From Candidatus Saccharimonadota bacterium (GTDB lineage: Bacteria > Patescibacteriota > Microgenomatia > UBA1406 > GWC2-37-13), in NCBI GenBank assembly GCA_001790095.1, contig MGBH01000001.1, positions 240,001 through 272,000 of the forward strand: a stretch of DNA of 32,000 nt, given 5' to 3'. Below the pieces are notes generated by a model. The model ran no database searches and was not told the origin of the DNA. It saw only the letters and a program-made list of their open reading frames with translations. The position numbers and the translations under genes were made by a program. Positions 16,684 through 23,386 of this stretch are shown here, piece by piece. Positions within the stretch are counted from its first letter, which is position 1; the number at the start of each line of letters is the position of its first letter.

Positions 16684-16712
16684 AATATACCAAATGCTTT
16701 CTCAAAATGCAA
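16684..16712 (-). promoter_or_regulatory. Sigma-70-type promoter with extended -10, starting 7 nt after the serS stop
   Basis: The minus strand reads TTGCAT (16712-16707), 17 nt, TGgTATATT (-10 at 16689-16684). Confidence 0.5.
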
Positions 16713-16719
16713 GGGGTTT

Positions 16720-17979
16720 TTACTTTTTCTTGATGACATCAAATCCGGTTAAGGATTTAAGTACATCGGGGATAGCTACAGTGCCATCTTCTTGTTGATA
16801 ATTCTCAAGAAGGGCGATTAAGATCCTTGGTGAAGCGACCGCTGTATTATTAAAAGAAAAACAGTATTCTTTTGTTCCATCCTTTTTCCGGTATTTGATA
16901 TTGAGTCTTCTTGTTTGGAAATCACCCATGATCGAATTGCTCATGGTTTCACCATAACCTTGTCGGGATGGCATCCAGGTTTCGGTGTCATATTTTTTGT
17001 GCTGAGGCTCACCCATGTCTCCGGTACACATGAGAAGTACTTGATAAGGAAGATTCAGATCCTGCAGGATCTCTTCTGCATTTTTTTGAAGTTCATCATG
17101 AATTTTGCGCGCCTCATTAATATTACTTTTTCCTATGATTACCTGCTCGATTTTCCAAAATTCATGTAGTCGATACATGCCTTTGGTATCTTTTCCATAT
17201 GATCCAGCTTCTTTTCTAAAGCAGGGGGAGAAAGCGACAAATTTTTTAGGCAAATCTTCTTCTTTGAGAATTTCGTTTGCATAATAAGATGTGACAGGCA
17301 CTTCTGCAGTGCCGGAAAGATATGCATCTTCATCGTTAAGCTTATATACCTCTTCCTGTCCCCAAGGGAATTGGCCAGCGCCAAAAAGGGTAAATCCCTT
17401 AACTATAGCTGGTGCAATAAGAGGAGTGTAGCCTTTTTTAATGAGTTTCTGTAAAACATAAAAAAGAAGACTTAAATGTAAGACCGCTCCTTCATTTTTC
17501 AGAAAGTATCCTCTGAAACCTGAAACTTTTACCCCTCTTTCAAAGTCGATAATGTTTAGGTCTTTTCCCAACTCTATATGAGACTTTATAGGAAATTTAA
17601 ACTGCTTCGGCGTTCCCCACTGGTGTTGGAGTACATTGCCTGTTGCATCTTTACCAATTGGGACTTCATCAAAGGGAATATTGGGAATGAAACTTAAAAG
17701 CGTCTGCAATTGCTTCTCTGTTGCATTAAGCGTTTCTTCTATTGATTTCAGATCTTCTTTGATTTGCCTACCTCTTGTCTTTGTTTCCTCAGTAAATGTC
17801 TTTTTTGAAATCAAATTTCTTTCTTCTCGAAGTTTTTGTGATTGTGCTGCTAGTTTTTTTCTTTCTTCATCAAGGGAAAGTATCTTTTCCACATTATCAA
17901 TGTATTTTTCTCTATTTTTATTACGAAGAGCGTCAATTACTTTTTGTTTATTGAGTCGTATAAAATCTATGGATAGCAT
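16720..17979 (-). CDS. serS: Seryl-tRNA synthetase
   Basis: N-terminal coiled-coil arm, class II motif 2 region FRKEAGSYGKDTKGMYRLHEF, and motif 3 region NNTAVASPRILIALLENYQ. Confidence 0.95.
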   Translation of the reverse strand: MLSIDFIRLNKQKVIDALRNKNREKYIDNVEKILSLDEERKKLAAQSQKLREERNLISKKTFTEETKTRGRQIKEDLKSIEETLNATEKQLQTLLSFIPNIPFDEVPIGKDATGNVLQHQWGTPKQFKFPIKSHIELGKDLNIIDFERGVKVSGFRGYFLKNEGAVLHLSLLFYVLQKLIKKGYTPLIAPAIVKGFTLFGAGQFPWGQEEVYKLNDEDAYLSGTAEVPVTSYYANEILKEEDLPKKFVAFSPCFRKEAGSYGKDTKGMYRLHEFWKIEQVIIGKSNINEARKIHDELQKNAEEILQDLNLPYQVLLMCTGDMGEPQHKKYDTETWMPSRQGYGETMSNSIMGDFQTRRLNIKYRKKDGTKEYCFSFNNTAVASPRILIALLENYQQEDGTVAIPDVLKSLTGFDVIKKK

Positions 17980-17987
17980 ATGATAAT

Positions 17988-18605
17988 TTATTTTATCAAA
18001 TCAGATTTAATTTTATTGACCAATCTTCTTAATGCTTTAAGACGGTGACTGATGAGGCGATGTTCTTCTTCGGTTAGCTCATCATAATATTTATTAATTT
18101 TACTTACTACGAATAAGGCTCTAAACGGATATCCATGGGTCGGCTTATTGCTTTGTTTTTGAGCAATTACTCCACGAATTTTTCCACCTTCAAGAATAGT
18201 TTTTCTGTTTATTGGGTTATAATAACAAAGCGATGTTTGAAGATATGCGATTCGCTTTTGAGATGGTATATTTGAAAGACGTTTCAATGTGTAGTTAATG
18301 AGCTCATTATCTGTAGCATCTTTTTCCATCCATCGTTTTGACTTTACACCGGGTTCTCCGTTTAAAACGTTGATAAGTAGTCCACCATCATCGGCAATAG
18401 TCGGTATTCGGCTAAGTTTTCCGTAAAACTCTGCCTTTATCTGTGCGTTTTCTTCAAATGTTTTTCCGGTTTCATCTGGATCATGTGTAATGTGAAGGTC
18501 ATTTAGATTCAGTATTCTAACTCCATTTTTTGACAGTTCTTTTAGACCCATCAAAAGTTCGTTAAGCTTTGCCTTGTTGTGTGTTGCTATGAGAAGCTGA
18601 CTCAT
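17988..18605 (-). CDS. rdgB: Non-canonical purine NTP pyrophosphatase (RdgB/HAM1 family)
   Basis: LIATHNKAKLNE and IADDGGL motifs with Ham1 length. Lies 3 nt after lysK and 8 nt before serS. Confidence 0.85.
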   Translation of the reverse strand: MSQLLIATHNKAKLNELLMGLKELSKNGVRILNLNDLHITHDPDETGKTFEENAQIKAEFYGKLSRIPTIADDGGLLINVLNGEPGVKSKRWMEKDATDNELINYTLKRLSNIPSQKRIAYLQTSLCYYNPINRKTILEGGKIRGVIAQKQSNKPTHGYPFRALFVVSKINKYYDELTEEEHRLISHRLKALRRLVNKIKSDLIK

Positions 18606-18608
18606 TGC

Positions 18609-20924
18609 TTATACAGCGATTGCTGCTAAAGTTACTTCACCACCACAGTATTTTGTGATTATATCTATTGTTTCCTTTAATGATCGTTCAACCATCTCTC
18701 TTGTGATGTCGTATATACCATCGATATTAATGAGGATGTTTTTTGTTTGTTCAGTTACCTTGGTTCGTACAGCATCTCGATAATTAAAATCTATATTATA
18801 ACCACCCACCTTGTCAAAATAAGCAAGTTCGGTTGTTTTATAAAGAGTTGGTTCTTTGTCGCCCAAAAGATGTATATGCTCTTCTGGGTTTGGAAAACGC
18901 AGTATGGTAGGAAAGGATACCGCATCAAGATCAAAAGCTCCAACTGAGACGCGGTGACTCATCACCACAAGGTTATATGCATCCACACACGTATTGACAC
19001 AATAGAGCCCTTTTTTCATAGCAACTCTTCGGAGGAGCGCCTCAGGTGATGGGCGGCGAGAGTGCCAGTCAATCTTCATCTGTCTATACAAGGTACGATA
19101 TGACAGAACTTCAGGATAAGAACTTATGACCTCATTTGTGAGGGTTTCTTGTGTCTTAAGGAACTCTTGTTGTTTGGTGTTAAGATCGGGATTTTCTTTT
19201 TGGATTGATACCCCTTTAATAATCGCAACTCCAACACTAACTGTAGGGAACTGTTTTTTTACTAAGGGATGAATAGAAAAAATCTTTTCATCATAAAGGG
19301 TTGGGAACTTGAATGCGGCTTTGGGGGATTGGTCTTTTTGCTTGATTGAATCTGTAAGTTTCTTAGCAGTCGTATTTACTCCTAGTTCTAAAATAAGATC
19401 TGCTATTTTGGGACCGAACTGTTTTCCTGTTAGAATTTGATATAAAAGTCCAAATACATCTTTTGGTTTAACAAGAGCTGTTTTCATGGTTGCAAAGACT
19501 ACGTTTTGAATAGATTCCCGGTCTGAGGATGGAAGATTTTCCAGTTGACGGGTGAGAGAAATGATGAATTTTTTTTGCTGATCGTTCAACTTAACAAGGG
19601 GGGGTGTGGTTTCTTTGATGGTGCTCGTTCCTTCAGCATATTTCTTAAGAAATATATTTGCATAGGTAATGCGTTCATTGAGAAGAGCGAGTTCGGTTGG
19701 GGAAAGCGACCTTCCTAGTTGTTTCTCAAACATAGATTTGGGATCCCCCTTGCTTTTGAGTATGTTTGCTATTGTCCGAAAACGGGGAAGAAAATACCTT
19801 TTTTTGACAAGCGGCTTGACTTCTGACAGTTCAATAATTCGGGCAAAATCAGACAGTACTTCACCTTGTTTGTTTTGAGGGATTACGCCTTCATATTTAT
19901 CAAAATATGCATTCATACAGCGATCATAATCATCAAAGAGATTAGGTATGGTATCGCCCGCAGGATCAAAGTCAAGCACCGTTCCAATAGGAGTTCTTAC
20001 GATTAAGAATCGTAGTACTTCAGGTGGTAATATTTTTGTCATTCCAATAGCCGTTGCACCAACCCCCTTGGATGAAGACATTTTTCTACCGCCAATTATA
20101 AACCATTCGTAGGGAATAGGATAGGGAGGGTTATATTGTAACACCTCTTTACATATTGCAGAACCAAAATCATATGAACCACCCTTTGACATGTGATCTT
20201 TTCCCGCTCCTTCTATGCTTACACCCACTACTTTCCATGTTGCCGGCCAGTCCAGTCTCCATGGTAGTTTTCCATTGTTGCCGACAGGTTTAATTTTACC
20301 TTCATATCCACAGCCCGTAGTCCATTTGACTGCATCTATAGCACATCGGTAATGCACATATACTCCATCCCATTTGTGTGCTTGGGTAGTACTAAGCTTT
20401 CCGCATTTTTCGCAAACAGGCGTATAGGGGATCCAGTTTGCTTTTTTTATGGCTTTTGATACACGAAAATATATCCCCCTTATTTTATCTGCACTATCCA
20501 AAATAGTTCGTACTACATCGTCCATTTTTCCTGAACCATAGAGCTCTGAAGACCAGATGATTTTGGGATGACAGTTTATCGATTCAAACACATGTATAAA
20601 TTCTTTTCCATAGGTTTGAGCAAAGCTATCGTATCCTTTTTCAGGTGGGGGGATTTTATAAAGAGGCATTCCCATATATTTGCTCCATTTTGTTGCATCA
20701 AGATACGAAGGCATGCCGTCCATAGGGTCATGATCGTTTATGACATATGAAAAAGTTGCATTGACTCCGGCAGCAACAAGTCCTTTATACATGAGGTCAT
20801 GTATCACTACTCCACGAAGTGCACCTACATGGACACGTCCCGATGGTGTCTTCATATCATCCACCCACTCAAGAGGTATTTGCCTATCTTTTATTATTTT
20901 TGCTTGGCGGTCGACCCAAATCAT
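18609..20924 (-). CDS. lysK: Class I lysyl-tRNA synthetase fused to a C-terminal B3/B4 (PheRS-beta-type) domain
   Basis: HIGH-equivalent TPSGRVHVGALRG and KMSKS-equivalent KMSSSKG. The C-terminal ~225 aa (nt 18609-19292) carry RRPSPEALLRRVAMKKGLYCVNTCVDAYNLVVMSHRVSVGAFDLD, typical of COG3382/B3_4 proteins. Confidence 0.85.
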   Translation of the reverse strand: MIWVDRQAKIIKDRQIPLEWVDDMKTPSGRVHVGALRGVVIHDLMYKGLVAAGVNATFSYVINDHDPMDGMPSYLDATKWSKYMGMPLYKIPPPEKGYDSFAQTYGKEFIHVFESINCHPKIIWSSELYGSGKMDDVVRTILDSADKIRGIYFRVSKAIKKANWIPYTPVCEKCGKLSTTQAHKWDGVYVHYRCAIDAVKWTTGCGYEGKIKPVGNNGKLPWRLDWPATWKVVGVSIEGAGKDHMSKGGSYDFGSAICKEVLQYNPPYPIPYEWFIIGGRKMSSSKGVGATAIGMTKILPPEVLRFLIVRTPIGTVLDFDPAGDTIPNLFDDYDRCMNAYFDKYEGVIPQNKQGEVLSDFARIIELSEVKPLVKKRYFLPRFRTIANILKSKGDPKSMFEKQLGRSLSPTELALLNERITYANIFLKKYAEGTSTIKETTPPLVKLNDQQKKFIISLTRQLENLPSSDRESIQNVVFATMKTALVKPKDVFGLLYQILTGKQFGPKIADLILELGVNTTAKKLTDSIKQKDQSPKAAFKFPTLYDEKIFSIHPLVKKQFPTVSVGVAIIKGVSIQKENPDLNTKQQEFLKTQETLTNEVISSYPEVLSYRTLYRQMKIDWHSRRPSPEALLRRVAMKKGLYCVNTCVDAYNLVVMSHRVSVGAFDLDAVSFPTILRFPNPEEHIHLLGDKEPTLYKTTELAYFDKVGGYNIDFNYRDAVRTKVTEQTKNILINIDGIYDITREMVERSLKETIDIITKYCGGEVTLAAIAV

Positions 20925-20925
20925 A

Positions 20926-21393
20926 TTACGTTATGGCCAGAATTTTATATATTATCTTTCCGGAGGGAATAATAATTTCAACAGTATCCCCGGGCTTTTT
21001 GCCCAAAAGAGCTTTACCGATGGGAGATGTTGCGGATAATTTTTTATTCATAGGGTCTGATTCAAACTCTCCAACGATCTCAATAGTATCTTCTTCCTTT
21101 CCATTTATGTGTACTTTTATCTTTGCCCCAAGTTGAATAACATCATTTTTCATGGTTTTTGTGACAACCTTTGCATTTTTCAATATATATTGAATCTCAA
21201 GTATACGACCCTCAACTACACCCTGTTCTTCCCGTGCGCTGGTGTAAGCGCTGTTTTCTGATAGGTCTCCCATGCTTCGAGCACGGTGAAGTTTTTCAAG
21301 CATCAAAGGTCTCTCGATTGTTTCAAGCCTATGAAGCTCTGCTTTTAATTTTTCCAAGCCCATCTGGGTAATCTCTATTTTTGCTGTTGTCAT
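20926..21393 (-). CDS. greA: Transcription elongation factor GreA
   Basis: N-terminal coiled coil with RARSMGDLSENSAYTSAREEQ, and a C-terminal domain SATSPIGKALLGKKPGDTVEI. Confidence 0.95.
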   Translation of the reverse strand: MTTAKIEITQMGLEKLKAELHRLETIERPLMLEKLHRARSMGDLSENSAYTSAREEQGVVEGRILEIQYILKNAKVVTKTMKNDVIQLGAKIKVHINGKEEDTIEIVGEFESDPMNKKLSATSPIGKALLGKKPGDTVEIIIPSGKIIYKILAIT

Positions 21394-21425
21394 AGGATAA
21401 ATATATCTCCATCAAACAAGTTCTA

Positions 21426-21454
21426 TTGAGTAAAGATGGAAGTGATGCTACAAT
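21426..21454 (+). promoter_or_regulatory. Sigma-70-type promoter for tRNA-Glu
   Basis: TTGAGT (21426-21431), 17 nt, TACAAT (21449-21454). The tRNA starts 13 nt further on. Confidence 0.5.
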
Positions 21455-21467
21455 TATATATTATTTT

Positions 21468-21540
21468 GGTCCCATCGTCTAGAGGCCTAGGACGGCAGGT
21501 TCTCATCCTGCAAACACCGATTCGAATTCGGTTGGGATCA
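21468..21540 (+). tRNA. tRNA-Glu (anticodon CUC), no encoded CCA
   Basis: Manual cloverleaf: acceptor stem GGTCCCA/TGGGATC, anticodon stem GCAGG/CCTGC with loop TTCTCAT (CTC at 21502-21504), T-arm CCGATTCGAATTCGG, and discriminator A followed by CAT. Confidence 0.9.
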
Positions 21541-21545
21541 CATAA
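21535..21545 (+). repeat. 11-nt direct repeat copy 1 (GGATCACATAA) spanning the tRNA-Glu 3' end
   Basis: The exact 11-mer recurs at 21834-21844, 299 nt downstream. Confidence 0.85.
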
Positions 21546-21833
21546 TATTATTGAAAAAAATATTATTCACCATGGCGGCCCATCTGGATTTGGGGGTATT
21601 GAGAGCTCATCTTACCATGAGTAATGGAGTTGATAATGATAATAGGCGTTTGGGCTTACTGAGAGTATCTTCCTTAGAAAAATTGATTGAAACACTCCAA
21701 GAGCCAGTTTCAATGCCACCACCTGGAGGAACAGCATAACTGAGGAAATTGTTGGTTCTGTCCAAAACTAGAATACCAGTCCAATACTTCTTGAATAACT
21801 AGCTTCAGCTCTGCTTCAGTTGCTATCATGAGT

Positions 21834-21844
21834 GGATCACATAA
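21834..21844 (+). repeat. 11-nt direct repeat copy 2 (GGATCACATAA)
   Basis: Exact match to the tRNA 3' end and flank, located immediately upstream of the bidirectional terminator. Confidence 0.85.
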
Positions 21845-21848
21845 AAAA

Positions 21849-21879
21849 TCCCTCTCCGAATCGGAGAGGGATTTTGTTT
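21849..21879. terminator. Bidirectional intrinsic terminator
   Basis: Perfect palindrome TCCCTCTCCGA-A-TCGGAGAGGGA flanked by A6 on the left and TTTTGTTT on the right. It serves the minus-strand gene ending at 21890 and any plus-strand transcript from the tRNA promoter. Confidence 0.8.
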
Positions 21880-21889
21880 AGTTTTTATA

Positions 21890-22939
21890 TTAGTTTGCTG
21901 GAGCGCATCCTGCAGCAGACGTTGTAGTACCTGAACCTTCTGCGGCTTCATCAGTCTTTGATAAAGACACAGCTATATCAGCCTTTGATAGTTCACTGGC
22001 ACAAAAACCAGGTTTTTCTTTACTTCCACAACATACCAATTGTTTGATGGCATCAGGAGTGCGTCCGCCAAAGTCAAACTCAGACACAGTTTGTTTTTCA
22101 TTTGAGATAAGAGTTGGTGATCCACTAACTCCATATTTATTTGCTAAAGTAAAATCAGCTTGAGCATATTTTAAACCTCGATTCGCATCGCCTGTACATG
22201 CGGTTAACTCAGATGTATCAACTCCTGTTGTAATAAGACACTCATCTGTTTTGCCCTCCATCATGTAACAGGATACATATGGCCAGTATTTCTCTTTCTG
22301 TTCTTCACGAATACATATTTGCTTTAGATTTTCTTGTGCTTCTTTATCACCGTGCATAGATGTAATCTTTCCGTTTTCAACTGATCCAATATATTTAATA
22401 TTCAAATAAGACGATAAATCTGGCGCCTCGTTCAGGGCCTTTTTAAAGACTCTTTGCATTTGAAGTCCAAAAGGACAATCAGCTACGACATACGCGGTAA
22501 GACTAGCTTTGTCCGTTTTTGGAACATCATCACATGTAAGCTTTTTAGTCTCTTTTGCCGGTTGCTGACTTTTTGACAGTTCGTCAACCTTTATACCCGA
22601 TGTAAAAAGGATTTTTCCATCACGGGAAATGTATGAAGTATATTTTTGTCCAGCTACTTCTAACTGAAATTCAACTAGTCCGCTTGCCTCTTTTACGTTT
22701 AAGATAGAGACTTTGGTAGAGGGATTGTTGATTACTTTTTTTACAGCTTCAGGGATAATTTGCGTTTTCATTTTGTTGATATCAGGACCCGATCCTTTGA
22801 CAAAACGTAAAACCAAAAAGACTGCAATAAGCCCTGCAATAAATGCGAGCGGTTTCCAATTATTATTTAACTGAACATTTCCTGGTAGATTTTTTTCTAC
22901 TTCAGGACTTTGGTTATGAGAAGTGTGAATTTTTTTCAT
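21890..22939 (-). CDS. Membrane-anchored thioredoxin-fold (DsbA-like) protein with CPFG motif and Cys-rich C-terminus
   Basis: N-terminal TM (LAFIAGLIAVFLVLRF). VVADCPFGLQ sits where DsbA-type proteins carry CxxC. A cis-Pro-like loop reads VSGSPTLISN. The tail contains LVCCGSKEKPGFCASE and AAGCAPAN. Confidence 0.5.
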   Translation of the reverse strand: MKKIHTSHNQSPEVEKNLPGNVQLNNNWKPLAFIAGLIAVFLVLRFVKGSGPDINKMKTQIIPEAVKKVINNPSTKVSILNVKEASGLVEFQLEVAGQKYTSYISRDGKILFTSGIKVDELSKSQQPAKETKKLTCDDVPKTDKASLTAYVVADCPFGLQMQRVFKKALNEAPDLSSYLNIKYIGSVENGKITSMHGDKEAQENLKQICIREEQKEKYWPYVSCYMMEGKTDECLITTGVDTSELTACTGDANRGLKYAQADFTLANKYGVSGSPTLISNEKQTVSEFDFGGRTPDAIKQLVCCGSKEKPGFCASELSKADIAVSLSKTDEAAEGSGTTTSAAGCAPAN

Positions 22940-22946
22940 AGTATAT

Positions 22947-22976
22947 TATTTAATCGTATTTTCAAACAAAAGTCAA
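22947..22976 (-). promoter_or_regulatory. Candidate promoter placing the transcription start at or near the ATG (leaderless geometry)
   Basis: The minus strand reads TTGACT (22976-22971), 18 nt, TAAATA (22952-22947), 7 nt, then ATG at 22939. Confidence 0.4.
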
Positions 22977-23002
22977 CTCATATTTTTTAGGTATAAGTTT
23001 AA

Positions 23003-23344
23003 TCAACAAATGACAGTACCTGGTAAAAGGTTGTCGGGTAAATAAAAAAGATGGGCGATATGACCTGGCAGGTCTCCCATAAGAATAAAGCCATTGGATA
23101 TTTTTCCGGCCATTTGTTTTGGTTCGAGATTGGCAACGACTGGAACTTTTTTATCCACAAGGTCTGTTGGCAAAACATATTTTGCGATGCCCGATAAAAT
23201 CTCGACAATGCCGTAATCTGTACCCAAATCTACTCGCAATAGTAATAGTTTTGATGAGTTAGTTATATGAGTTGCTTCTATAATCTGTCCGACTCTTATA
23301 TCCAGCTTCAAAAAATCCTCAAAAGTACAGTTTGGTTTTTTCAT
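23003..23344 (-). CDS. Free-standing OB-fold tRNA-binding domain protein (CsaA/Trbp111-like)
   Basis: FEDFLKLDIRVGQIIEA ... ANLEPKQMAGKISNGFIL is typical of the MetRS C-terminal/EMAPII-type tRNA-binding domain. 113 aa. Confidence 0.8.
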   Translation of the reverse strand: MKKPNCTFEDFLKLDIRVGQIIEATHITNSSKLLLLRVDLGTDYGIVEILSGIAKYVLPTDLVDKKVPVVANLEPKQMAGKISNGFILMGDLPGHIAHLFYLPDNLLPGTVIC

Positions 23345-23386
23345 ATGAGATCAATTATAATAGAGAGAAAGTTATTCGTAAACAGT

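Noticed and set aside
16915-21371. Track ORFs inside the greA-lysK-rdgB-serS operon (16915-17169, 17139-17384, 17636-17983, 18747-18947, 19669-19878, 20568-20750, 20740-21039, 20819-21136, 21171-21371)
   Set aside because: All overlap well-supported housekeeping genes in other frames or on the opposite strand, with no independent signals.
21436-21624. 62-aa plus-strand ORF from the track
   Set aside because: It runs straight through the tRNA-Glu gene (21468-21540). Its open frame is explained by the tRNA and the GC-richer flank, not by coding.
21712-21750. SRP-RNA-like (CCACCUGGAGGAACAGCAUAAC versus the domain IV GGAAGCAGC motif) and RNase-P-like (GAGGAAAUUG on plus, ACAGAACC on minus) strings
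   Set aside because: The conserved 5'-side AGG of the SRP symmetric loop and a GNRA tetraloop are missing. The two RNase P-like strings are on opposite strands and in the wrong order, and the interval is too short for RNase P RNA. These are chance resemblances unless a covariance-model scan says otherwise.
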